Source: a virus
DNA: 64,000 nucleotides
Direction: 5' to 3' (one strand)
IMG/VR virus record: IMGVR_UViG_3300025121_000038
Span: 1-64,000 of that record
Below the pieces are notes generated by a model that was not told the DNA's origin, made no database searches, and worked only from the letters and a program-made list of their open reading frames with translations. Made by a program: the position numbers and the translations under genes. Position 1 is the first letter of the stretch, and each line of letters opens with the position of its first letter. Below are positions 20,091 to 28,619 of the stretch, in pieces.

Positions 20091-20373
20091 TTGTACACTC
20101 CACTTGTTGAGGGGTTAGAGAGCCTATACCTTTCCATCTTGCGGAATTGTCTTCAATTTCTATTAAACCGGAGTCTCTATACGAAGATAAAGTGTCGTAT
20201 AGTAGGTCTCCTAAAGTGTTGTTGGTCCAAAAGATATGTTTATTATCTCGAAACTCTTGAAATTTATCTTCCGAAGAACTAACACCTTGGAAAATACCTA
20301 GAGTAACTCCTAAATAATAAGCAGCTACATCAAGATCTGTCCAATCCGTAAGATATTCTTTAAGTCTTTTCAT
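20068..20373 (-). CDS. Hypothetical protein
   Basis: 101-aa ORF with ATGA overlap. Confidence 0.55.
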   Translation of the reverse strand: MKRLKEYLTDWTDLDVAAYYLGVTLGIFQGVSSSEDKFQEFRDNKHIFWTNNTLGDLLYDTLSSYRDSGLIEIEDNSARWKGIGSLTPQQVECTIAYRHCL

Positions 20374-20777
20374 AATTTTGAACTCAAAACAAAGACCATT
20401 GTGGTCCCCTCTATAGCCGTGATGTCAACTATTCTCAAAATCTCTTGAGTGTTATCCATAAACTCTACATTCAAAGATTTAACAAACATCGCCTTTTCAA
20501 AAGTATGCTCAAGATGAGTTTTACACCCTAGGTACCACCATGCGTTTGGGTGTTTCTCATCGTTCTCACTCAAAGTTATGTCATCAGAGTTTGTTTTTAG
20601 CAAAACTCGTTTAAGGATATATTTGTCGGGTACCTTTATATCCTCTCTTGCTTCTGCTTCTTCTATATCTATACCTAGAAGGACTTCCATTCTAGAATAT
20701 AAGTCATCCATAGAGATGAACATTTTCTTATTTAACGCGTCATGAAATTCTGGATCGTTGTATCTAGGTATATTCAT
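20370..20777 (-). CDS. Hypothetical protein
   Basis: 135-aa ORF with ATGA overlaps. Confidence 0.55.
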   Translation of the reverse strand: MNIPRYNDPEFHDALNKKMFISMDDLYSRMEVLLGIDIEEAEAREDIKVPDKYILKRVLLKTNSDDITLSENDEKHPNAWWYLGCKTHLEHTFEKAMFVKSLNVEFMDNTQEILRIVDITAIEGTTMVFVLSSKL

Positions 20778-21244
20778 GAATCAAACCTTATATCAAACAT
20801 CTGTCTATGACTATATTCTCTATAATCTTGTATAACAAGATCAAATTTGTGATTGTGTACTATGGGAATATCCGACCAAAATACTTTTAAATATGCTGGG
20901 TTTGACCGTGGATAATCACTTGATACTACACATGCCAATTTTTCTGGCAGATCCTCACACAAATGCCCTTTAACAAAACCAGCAGAAGAAAATATATTCC
21001 ATCCTTCATATAAAAGCTCTTCAAAAGAGAATTTCTTGATACCAGAGTAGGAATTTCTAACCTGGATAGAAGCAGCTTTAGACAAATGGATAGTTTGTGG
21101 AGCTATATTAGAATAGACGACATATATGGTCTATGACAAAAGGCGTACACCGGGTAACATAACACGCATCAACAGGTAGAGTAATTATGGTTTTAGAATT
21201 TCTATGAATCCAAGGACCTATATTAGAAAAATTACTTCCACAAT

Positions 21245-21598
21245 TCATGGAATTGGTACTCTAGAATCACCCCAACCACCGTGTTCTAAGCCACCCAATA
21301 AGGGTTTTACGGGCCTGCCTAGTTCTATTAGAACCTTTTCTATTTCTTTATATGCTCTATTTCTATTTGGAAGTACTTTCTCAGGTACAGGTAGAGTTAT
21401 AGTCAAAATACCTATCAACACACTAAGGTTGTCTTTAAGGTCAAAGGCATGGTCCGCGAAGATACCACATAAATCATCAGAAATTTTGAACTCCCCTTTC
21501 CGGTGTAAGTCATCTAACTCACCGAACATTATATCCAGAGCACCCTCTATTAGGGGTTCTGCAAGTATTTTGTTATAAAGTTCTTGAGCTTCTGTCAT
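21245..21598 (-). CDS. Hypothetical protein
   Basis: 117-aa ORF. Confidence 0.55.
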   Translation of the reverse strand: MTEAQELYNKILAEPLIEGALDIMFGELDDLHRKGEFKISDDLCGIFADHAFDLKDNLSVLIGILTITLPVPEKVLPNRNRAYKEIEKVLIELGRPVKPLLGGLEHGGWGDSRVPIP

Positions 21599-21657
21599 AA
21601 TTTATTCTAAGATTGATATATTATTAGATAACACTATTCAAAATGGATTAGTGTAGA

Positions 21658-21698
21658 ACAAAGAAGGGGATTAGAATTATTCTAATCCCCTTCTTTGT
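21658..21698. terminator. 20-bp perfect inverted repeat, probable terminator
   Basis: ACAAAGAAGGGGATTAGAAT-T-ATTCTAATCCCCTTCTTTGT. Confidence 0.7.
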
Positions 21699-21699
21699 G

Positions 21700-22160
21700 A
21701 TGAAGTTGCCTGTTCCCATCTCGATCGGCTTTTTGCCAACTTACATGTTAGTAAGTGTAATCAACCTCATCAGACCTTCTGCGTGTCCTAGCACTGGTTT
21801 TATCCAGTTGCAGAATTGCTCTTCCATAATCTGGCACTTAGCAGGCTTATCTATCAGATTGAGCTAGGCTCTCGAAGTCCTAGCACCGAAAGTGCTCCCA
21901 TGCTCTTGTGTGGCACGAAAGGTATCAGTTAAGGTATAGGATGAGTTACTCCGTCGGACATTTCTTAGGAAACATACACGGTTAAAATCCGCAGTAAACC
22001 TAAGCCGTCTTCCCAACCAGTTTTACTCTCAAACTTCTTTTCACAGAAATTTCGCAGTCCTATACTACGGCTTTGACAAGCAGCCCGTCTTTTCCAGGAG
22101 CAACCCTGGTTCTCATCGTGAGTTGTAACGGCTCTCACTAGCTGGAAGCTAACCAGCACG
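21700..22160 (-). ncRNA. Candidate large structured ncRNA (about 460 nt) between tRNA-Met and a terminator
   Basis: GC-richer than flanks, many short hairpins (GCTGGTTAGCTTCCAGC, CCAGGGTTGCTCCTGG, AGCACTTTCGGTGCT), no convincing ORF. Confidence 0.55.
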
Positions 22161-22161
22161 T

Positions 22162-22240
22162 TGGTAGCGGGGGCTGGATTTGAACACAGCGATCTTTTGG
22201 TTATGAGCCAAATGAGATGACCAAGCTTCTCTACCCCGCT
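22162..22240 (-). tRNA. tRNA-Met(CAT)
   Basis: TTTGG-CTCATAA-CCAAA arm, AGCGGGG/CCCCGCT-A-CCA. Confidence 0.85.
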
Positions 22241-22246
22241 ATATGA

Positions 22247-22328
22247 TTTTCTGAAAGGGATTCGAACCCCTAAGTCTTTCGACCGGACCTTTTATGGGCC
22301 CTTTGTTTACCAATTTCATCATCAGAAA
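22247..22328 (-). tRNA. Atypical tRNA-Leu-like (TAA, A33), no CCA
   Basis: AAATTGGTAAA D-loop, GGGCC-CATAAAA-GGTCC, GTCGAAAGAC variable arm, TTCGAAT. Confidence 0.55.
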
Positions 22329-22332
22329 ATTG

Positions 22333-22418
22333 CGCCTTGGAGAGGGGTTTTAACCCTCACGCCACGTCTGGCAGAGTATTTATAGTACTCCACGTCTGTC
22401 TTTTCCGTCATCCAAGAC
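22333..22418 (-). tRNA. Atypical class II tRNA-like gene with ATA anticodon
   Basis: GTCTTGGA/TCCAAGGC stem, GAGTA-CTATAAA-TACTC, long variable arm, degenerate D and T loops. Confidence 0.45.
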
Positions 22419-22541
22419 TAAAGCCCGCATTTTGTTGGGTGCCAGCCCTTCTCCATGCACTATATAACTGGCATATATAGTGAGTTCAAGCCACTTACCA
22501 TGTGTGCATGGTAGTAATACTATCTACCTCAGGCTCTTTTT

Positions 22542-22644
22542 ATACTCAAGGAAGGGTTCGAACCTTCAACCTAACAAGTGTATTGTTAGGTGCCTTAATG
22601 ACTAAAGCCATTAATTGATATGTTTTACAACATTTCTTGAGTAT
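22542..22644 (-). ncRNA. tRNA-like RNA with 9-bp acceptor stem and long arms
   Basis: ATACTCAAG/CTTGAGTAT, GAAGG-TTCGAAC-CCTTC T-arm, three internal hairpins. Confidence 0.55.
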
Positions 22645-22732
22645 GTATCAAGTATCAGAGACCAGGGTCAGTCCACCACTGGAACGTCTGAACTAGGAAT
22701 AGAATGAAGTCCATTTGTGTATCCTTTCTGTG

Positions 22733-22951
22733 TTAGTTGTTTAGCTTTTGAAGCTCGCTCTCAGCCCAGTTTTTGAGGCTAGTCCAGTGTCTACACTGCT
22801 CGTCCAGACTATATTCTGAAGGGCCTTCTTCAGATCCGAAAGTATCTTGGCCCAAGTTACAATGGGTCAAACTACTATTTGCAGTAGTAAGCATATGCTC
22901 AAACTCAGTACGACGACTTTCGGTAGATTCTGGTTCACGAGAGCTAAACAT
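22733..22951 (-). CDS. Hypothetical protein
   Basis: 72-aa ORF, AAGG RBS, promoter motif at 23006. Confidence 0.5.
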   Translation of the reverse strand: MFSSREPESTESRRTEFEHMLTTANSSLTHCNLGQDTFGSEEGPSEYSLDEQCRHWTSLKNWAESELQKLNN

Positions 22952-23026
22952 GGGTTTTACCTTTTGTTAATATTGATGTATTTAGTCTTCTTGCAACATA
23001 TATACAACGATATAATCAAATCAAAA

Positions 23027-24047
23027 TTAAGAGCGTTTCTTAAGTTTTCTATAATCTAAACCGTAATCAAAAGCCCATTTTCTGATCGCATTATCTGAAA
23101 CACCGTATTTTAACCCAAGTGCGGGTATAGTATTAAATTTTATATCTTGTTCGAGTACTTTTTGATGGTCTTCCACATCTTCTACGACTTTTTGAAAAAC
23201 ATTCTTGAGAACATGTTTTCATAGTGGGTCTTACTTTTAAGACCTGTTTTCCACAAATACATACAAAATATATTTTAGGTTTCAAGTCAACATCTTTCTT
23301 TTCTTGAAGAGATTTTGCTTGAAAAGCATCATATATTATATCGAATTTTTCTGAACATAAATCTTGGAATTCTTCTATGTTTTGAGTATTACTCAATTGA
23401 GTAAGTTGTTTGTACCTAACAAACAAGAGTTTTATATCATTAGATGATAATATCCTTTGTAATTTGTCTAAATCATACGCGGAGAAAAATCCCTTTACTT
23501 CTACATACAAATCATAATTAGGCAAATAAAAATCGGGAGCATATGTTTTTAATACATCGCTTGATGAAAGGTACTTTAGGTATACTTTTCTAATCCATAA
23601 TATACCTTTAGAGTTAAACCATTCTGCTACTTTTACTTCCCAGGTTCCTCTACATACATATTCTTCTCCTTGTATGTTTTTAATAGTGTACCACTTCACA
23701 TCTTTAAATCCACCTCCACCTTTTTCTTCCAAAAATTTAGATCTTGCTGCGGATATTTTCTCTTTAGCTTCTTTCGACATTATCTTTGTAGGTTGTAGTT
23801 TAGCTTTTTCTGATCTTTTAGCTTTAATAGAAGCAAGATTGGGGTTTAGAGAGCATTTTAAAGTATGTGCCCCCAACCGGACCCAGTCAAAAGATTGATG
23901 GCAAAATTTACACGAATAAATATTCGAAAGCTGTGCTAGAAATACTTCTCTATGAATGGTTTTGGATTTTTGTGAGTGAGAATTATTATGGCCGCCTAAT
24001 TGGGCCACCGTATCAAAAGTTTTATCGCATTTTGAACATTTATACAT
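23027..24047 (-). CDS. Zn-finger plus PD-(D/E)XK endonuclease with a frameshifted C-terminal HTH
   Basis: C2H2 finger, YAPDFYLP...VEVKG; after the A5 run at 23159-23163 the +1 frame gives ...LGLKYGVSDNAIRKW...KRS*. Confidence 0.75.
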
Positions 24048-24064
24048 ACCCGTCCTAAAATAAA

Positions 24065-24094
24065 AAAGGGCTCTGAAATGTTTCAGAGCCCTTT
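24065..24094 (-). terminator. Intrinsic terminator
   Basis: AAAGGGCTCTGAAA-CA-TTTCAGAGCCC followed by a T-run on the minus strand, directly after a CCA end. Confidence 0.75.
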
Positions 24095-24179
24095 GGTCCG
24101 AGTCGCGGGAGTTGAACCCGCATCCAACCAGTTACCTCATTATAATGGACCGCTTATAAGACGGGAAGGTTACACTCGG
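24094..24179 (-). ncRNA. Rearranged tRNA-like RNA with TAT anticodon-like loop and CCA end
   Basis: Acceptor stem, T-arm and ACCA present; ACCT/AGGT encloses CCGT-CTTATAA-GCGG; D-loop-like AACTGGT lies 3' of the anticodon arm. Confidence 0.65.
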
Positions 24180-24223
24180 ATATTAACTTTTCTAACTGCA
24201 ATCTTCTGTACACTATCAAAATC

Positions 24224-24298
24224 TGGTGACCCTAGAGGGGATCGAACCCTGCGTTACCGGATTGAGAATCCAGCGTTCTACCATTAAACTATAGGGCC
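24224..24298 (-). tRNA. tRNA-Glu(CTC)
   Basis: CTGGA-TTCTCAA-TCCGG, CCA. Confidence 0.85.
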
Positions 24299-24685
24299 GT
24301 ATTTATCTTACTTCTATATAACGTTTCTATCTTAAAAAAGTTAAGAGAGAAAAACAAAAATTCGAGAAAAATTTGAGATCGATTGGATTTTAACCAATAC
24401 CTCGACGATGCCCCCTCGACAACGTGCGAAACTTTTAGGGTTTCTCTAGAGGCTGTCCTGTGAATAATCACCCCGTTCGCATCCTTTTTTACATCGGCTT
24501 TTCATCTATGGATAACCTTTGTTGATTATGTTTCTACCATAGATCCGAAAACTGAGGCAGTGCCCTCTACCTGTACTCTCCACGAGCTACGATCTCAAAG
24601 GATTAAAAAATCACGGTCTCCCTTAGATTGTTATTGCCAAGTCTGGTGGCCAGCCGTGACAATCAACACGTTATATGTGGGTTTT

Positions 24686-24757
24686 TGGTAGGAGAGCAGG
24701 GAATCGGACCCTGTAAACATCCTTATAAGAGACGCGTCTGCAACCAGCAACTCTCCC
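24686..24757 (-). tRNA. Atypical tRNA-Ile(TAT)
   Basis: GGGAGAG/CTCTCCT-A-CCA, CTTATAA loop, compact D-arm, TCCGATT T-loop. Confidence 0.65.
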
Positions 24758-24992
24758 ATTATAACTTATCTAGCTCAACATTCCTCTGGGTTCTCCTACA
24801 TACGTATCTATTATAGCGTCCACTTATACGGGATCAACTTAATAGCCCTACCTTATGTAAAAGGTGCAATACCCCTTCTCAGAGCCTTCGTTTAAACTGC
24901 ACTTGGTTCTTACTCTAGCTCAATGGCTTAATCCTCCATGTACTCACTAATGTTAGAGTAACGAAAGGTCTTAGCAAAAAGTAAGAGATTTA

Positions 24993-25175
24993 TTAAAATC
25001 CGTCAAATTCAGGTAAAGCTTTATATTTGTCTTCTTCCATTTCTTCGACATGGATAATTAATTTACTGCTTTGACATAACTCTGTTAACTCTTGAGTTAC
25101 AAATTGTCCTATTGCATCTGCACTGGTATCTATGTAACCACCTTTTTCACTGTCTAAGACTCTATATACAATCAT
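24993..25175 (-). CDS. Hypothetical protein (start at MIVYRV)
   Basis: GAGG RBS before the ATG; the longer ORF call runs through a tRNA half. Confidence 0.55.
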   Translation of the reverse strand: MIVYRVLDSEKGGYIDTSADAIGQFVTQELTELCQSSKLIIHVEEMEEDKYKALPEFDGF

Positions 25176-25196
25176 TTGTATTGCCTCTTTATGTTT

Positions 25197-25235
25197 TGGC
25201 GGTCCCAGAGAGAATCGAACTCTCGTTTTTTCACG
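25197..25235 (-). pseudogene. 3' half of a split tRNA-Asp-type gene
   Basis: CGTGA-AAAAAC-GAGAG-TTCGATT-CTCTC-TGGGACC-G-CCA. Confidence 0.85.
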
Positions 25236-25303
25236 TTTTATTAATGTTATATAACAAGCAAATTTGACTTCATTTAAAATAAATCGTACATTCATGGATA
25301 AAC

Positions 25304-26155
25304 ATGCAAAAACAATATATTAAGAGTAGGCGTAAAGATCAAAAAAGAGAGATGCTAACCTACAAAGGTGGATCATGTCAATTATGTAATTACGCGATAT
25401 GTGCTAGAGCAATGGATTTTCATCACAAAGACCCTACTCAAAAAGACTTCGGAATATGTGGTATGAATAAATCTTGGGAAGAAATTAAGACAGAATTAGA
25501 CAAATGTATTTTAGTCTGTAAAAACTGTCACGGAGAAATACACGATGGCCTTCACGACCAATTTAAAATACTCAATGTAAAAGTGCGCTCAAACTATGCT
25601 AATAGAATATATTATTATCGAAAACAATTCAAACACAATTTAGTCCAATACGCGGGTGGGTATTGTGCTATTTGTACTTACAAAAAGAGTTACAGATGTT
25701 TATCTTTTCACCATTTGAACAAATCAACAAAAACATTTGAAATAAATGAAGCTACTCAGAAAACTTTGGAAGAGATAGCAGTAGAACTTGATAAATGTAT
25801 TTTATTATGTCTAAACTGTCACTCTGAGGTACATGACGAAATTTCTGACATAAGCGATGTTAAACCAATAAAAAATCTTGAATATCTCGATATCATAAAA
25901 TCTCTCATTCAAAAAGATGAAAAACCATTAATAATAGAAAAATATTATTGTTTAGATTGTAATGTGGAAAAGAAAACATCCGCCGCAAGATGTGTTCCTT
26001 GCAGTCAAAAATACCAAGAGAAAGTGAAATGGCCAGAAATAGAAGAATTGATAGAAATGTTAAAAACAAGTAATAAAGTGTTATTGGCTAAACAACTCGG
26101 TGTTTCAGAAGCTGCTATACGGAAAAGGTTGTCAAAATATATGTTCAATACATGA
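25304..26155 (+). CDS. Double-HNH endonuclease with C-terminal HTH, inserted in a tRNA anticodon loop
   Basis: Two GGxCxxCxY...FHH...ELDKC.L.C.NCH.E.H units; KWP...AKQLGVSEAAIRKRL. Confidence 0.85.
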   Translation: MQKQYIKSRRKDQKREMLTYKGGSCQLCNYAICARAMDFHHKDPTQKDFGICGMNKSWEEIKTELDKCILVCKNCHGEIHDGLHDQFKILNVKVRSNYANRIYYYRKQFKHNLVQYAGGYCAICTYKKSYRCLSFHHLNKSTKTFEINEATQKTLEEIAVELDKCILLCLNCHSEVHDEISDISDVKPIKNLEYLDIIKSLIQKDEKPLIIEKYYCLDCNVEKKTSAARCVPCSQKYQEKVKWPEIEELIEMLKTSNKVLLAKQLGVSEAAIRKRLSKYMFNT

Positions 26156-26181
26156 CGTACTAACCACTGTACGATGGAACC
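26151..26181 (-). pseudogene. 5' half of a split tRNA-Asp-type gene
   Basis: GGTTCCA-TC-GTAC-AGTGGTTA-GTAC-G-TCATG; pairs with the 3' half at 25197. Confidence 0.85.
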
Positions 26182-26185
26182 CTTT

Positions 26186-26491
26186 TTAATGACAGCCAGT
26201 TTCTTTCATAGTCTTTCTAAACATAGAAACTATGCTTGAACGACATAATATTTTCACATCTTCAGGTAAGCGTTTATCTTTATTGACCCGTTTCAAAGAC
26301 TCGTCTCTACACAAAATAGCAATTCTCTGTCTCATATGATTGTCTTGTATATCCCTTATCGCAGACATACATTCAGACATATACGTAAGACAATGGGTTA
26401 CTTTTTTAAATACTGCCTCCTTGTTTTCATCCATTCTATGGATAGCTTCTTTTAGTTCGGAGGTTATTAAAACATGTTCCATAATTTTCAT
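26186..26491 (-). CDS. Hypothetical protein, paralog of 4279..4590
   Basis: Shared R.RI...CRD motif. Confidence 0.6.
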   Translation of the reverse strand: MKIMEHVLITSELKEAIHRMDENKEAVFKKVTHCLTYMSECMSAIRDIQDNHMRQRIAILCRDESLKRVNKDKRLPEDVKILCRSSIVSMFRKTMKETGCH

Positions 26492-26549
26492 TTTTAAAAT
26501 ATCTGGTTAAACTACAAATCATCCTAAGCATTAACCTATGGAACCTTAG

Positions 26550-26783
26550 CTACCAGGTCAGTAGTCCACTTTTATCCCCACTAAACCATTTGCCTTGATG
26601 AACCGTATCATGTCCCTTTATTTGGTGACATACAACCTGTTTGTTATCTTTATGTTCTTCACCACAAAGACCCAAACCTTGAGCCATTTTTGAAAAATTG
26701 GGAGTAGGTAAATAAGGAGTCAAAGGTAAATCAGACTGGAGATATTGGTTCATTAATAAGTCCATGTCTTTAGAGGAAATCAT
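26550..26783 (-). CDS. Hypothetical protein
   Basis: 77-aa ORF. Confidence 0.5.
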   Translation of the reverse strand: MISSKDMDLLMNQYLQSDLPLTPYLPTPNFSKMAQGLGLCGEEHKDNKQVVCHQIKGHDTVHQGKWFSGDKSGLLTW

Positions 26784-26827
26784 TATTAAATATATCCGTT
26801 TTAGTTGTTAATCAAAATTATGTAACC

Positions 26828-27052
26828 TTAAACATCAACAACAGTATAACCGTGATCCTCTAAGATGGATGTCAATAAATTTACGTGATAATCAGAACCT
26901 TGAAATGAGGTATTCACACAAAGGTACGAATGTAATGGCTCTAGAGTCTCTGGTAAGGCTCTAGACAAAATCTCTTGCCTTATGGCTCTAACCTCAGGAT
27001 CCAACTCTTTGAGGTCTGAGATTACTTTTTTATTCCAACATACTCTTTTCAT
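26828..27052 (-). CDS. Hypothetical protein
   Basis: 74-aa ORF. Confidence 0.5.
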   Translation of the reverse strand: MKRVCWNKKVISDLKELDPEVRAIRQEILSRALPETLEPLHSYLCVNTSFQGSDYHVNLLTSILEDHGYTVVDV

Positions 27053-27055
27053 AGC

Positions 27056-27241
27056 TCACCACTGAACAGAAGAAAAAACTACAACACAGGTACGTAGAAA
27101 ATCTTCCCGAGCTTTACGTTCATTTGGGTCATAGCCCCACTCCGTCGCGGCTTTGTCTTTAGCCTCTTCTTCACTAAGAGCTTTTATCATCTTAGCGCCA
27201 TCTTCGGTATATTCTGGGTCGTAAACAAAGTAGCAATTCAT
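27056..27241 (-). CDS. Hypothetical protein
   Basis: 61-aa ORF, AGGAGG RBS, promoter motif at 27266. Confidence 0.6.
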   Translation of the reverse strand: MNCYFVYDPEYTEDGAKMIKALSEEEAKDKAATEWGYDPNERKAREDFLRTCVVVFSSVQW

Positions 27242-27312
27242 GTCTAAGTTCCTCCTAAGGAGGAAAACGATTTGGTAGGAGAAAGACTTAGAGAGTTTTT
27301 GAAGATATAGAG

Positions 27313-27401
27313 CGGAGACGGAGAGATTCGAACTCTCGGACCTTTTTAGGGGCCACTTCCTTAGCAGGGAAGTACCTTAAACCAGACTCAGACACGTCTC
27401 C
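27313..27401 (-). tRNA. tRNA-Ser(GCT)
   Basis: CTTCC-CTGCTAA-GGAAG, long variable arm, G73; no CCA. Confidence 0.9.
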
Positions 27402-27406
27402 ATAAA

Positions 27407-27495
27407 TGGCGGAGAGTTGGGGAATTGAACCCCAGAACGGGTATTAGCCGCCAGCCGCCTTCCAAGCGGGTTCCTCGACCAACCGGACACTCTCC
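27407..27495 (-). tRNA. tRNA-Ser(GGA)
   Basis: CCGC-TTGGAAG-GCGG, long variable arm, GCCA. Confidence 0.85.
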
Positions 27496-27551
27496 AAAAA
27501 TCAGCAAAATCTAATAATTTAAACAATAGTGTAGCAATAGTTTAAATTATT

Positions 27552-27608
27552 TGGTCAGGGGCTATCCTGGATTATAGCAGGTGCCATAAGCCGCTCGACC
27601 ACCCTTCT
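27552..27608 (-). pseudogene. tRNA-Ser-like 5' remnant
   Basis: AGAAGGGTGGTCGAGCGGCTTATGGCAC resembles a Ser 5' end and D-arm; no T-arm. Confidence 0.4.
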
Positions 27609-27613
27609 ATAAA

Positions 27614-27687
27614 TGGAGCTCCTGAGAGGAATCGAACCCCTATCCTCTGAGTACAAAACAGACATTCTACCGTTGAACTACAGGAGC
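27614..27687 (-). tRNA. tRNA-Thr(TGT)
   Basis: TTTGTAC loop, GCTCCTG/CAGGAGC-T-CCA. Confidence 0.9.
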
Positions 27688-27689
27688 AT

Positions 27690-27763
27690 TGGAGCGGGTA
27701 GAGAGAATCGAACTCTCAATTGTAACTTGGAAGGATACCGTGTTACCTTTACACTACACCCGC
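27690..27763 (-). tRNA. tRNA-Gly(TCC)
   Basis: CTTCCAA loop, GCGGGTG/TACCCGC-T-CCA. Confidence 0.88.
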
Positions 27764-27847
27764 AATCGATTCGAACCCCGACCAAACATCAAAATTTAAT
27801 CTTTTTATACTTCTCTTGATTAGACTAAATAATTGACGAGAAGTTAA

Positions 27848-28588
27848 ATGCACATAACAAAAAATTTTTCTGAAGAAGGATTTGTTAAAAATATTAAATG
27901 TTCTGACTCGGACTTCATAATTGCTGTAAATAAAACCATAAGTATCGCAGAATTACTAAGATACTTAAACATACCTCAACATAGGGGCAGGCATTATGAG
28001 TCTGTTAAATTTAAAATAAAACAATTAAAATTAGACACATCTCATTGGGGTCCTTATGTTAAACGTAATGGTCATAAAAGAAAAGATTTAAAAGACATTC
28101 TTACAATAGGCACTTCCATATGTCATTTAAAAAGATTATTAGATGAAAATGTCTTAAAAAATGAATGTTATGAGTGTGGCCTAATACCCTATTGGAAAGA
28201 AAAACCTCTTAAATTACAAATTGACCATATCAATGGTATAAATACAGACAATAGACTTGAAAATCTAAGACTATTGTGTCCCAATTGTCACTCTCAAACA
28301 GACACGTTTTGTGGTAGAAATGTAACAAAACGACATAAAAAGCCAACTTGCATAGATTGCAATACACAAATAAGCAGGAAATCTTTAAGGTGTACTATTT
28401 GTCAAGCAAAAATTAATAAAGTTACTACAAAAATTACATGGCCAGAAACAAGAGATCTTATAAAGATGATAGAAAATAGTTCTGTATTGGCCACTTCAAG
28501 AAATTTAAAGTGTTCTGATGCAGCCGTATATAAACACTTAGAATCAAGAGGGTTTGTAGTAAAAAACAAAAAAGTTTATAAAGACTGA
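27848..28588 (+). CDS. HNH endonuclease with C-terminal HTH
   Basis: CYECG...LQIDHINGINTDNRLENLRLLCPNCHSQT; stop codon lies in a tRNA-Gly 5' half. Confidence 0.88.
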   Translation: MHITKNFSEEGFVKNIKCSDSDFIIAVNKTISIAELLRYLNIPQHRGRHYESVKFKIKQLKLDTSHWGPYVKRNGHKRKDLKDILTIGTSICHLKRLLDENVLKNECYECGLIPYWKEKPLKLQIDHINGINTDNRLENLRLLCPNCHSQTDTFCGRNVTKRHKKPTCIDCNTQISRKSLRCTICQAKINKVTTKITWPETRDLIKMIENSSVLATSRNLKCSDAAVYKHLESRGFVVKNKKVYKD

Positions 28589-28613
28589 CACACTACCATT
28601 GTGTTATACCCGC
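28581..28613 (-). pseudogene. Orphan 5' half of tRNA-Gly, cut at the anticodon loop
   Basis: GCGGGTA-TA-ACAC-AATGGTA-GTGT-G-TCAGT-CTT. Confidence 0.8.
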
Positions 28614-28619
28614 ATAAAT

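Noticed and set aside
21740-21780. Hammerhead ribozyme (CTGATGA on the minus strand)
   Set aside because: No properly placed GAAA and flanking stems could be found.
24094-24179. tmRNA piece
   Set aside because: No G3:U70 alanine acceptor and no tag reading frame.
25236-26150. Spliceable tRNA intron restoring tRNA-Asp
   Set aside because: The junction bases cannot regenerate a GTC anticodon loop, and no BHB or group I features are visible; kept only as a split-gene finding.
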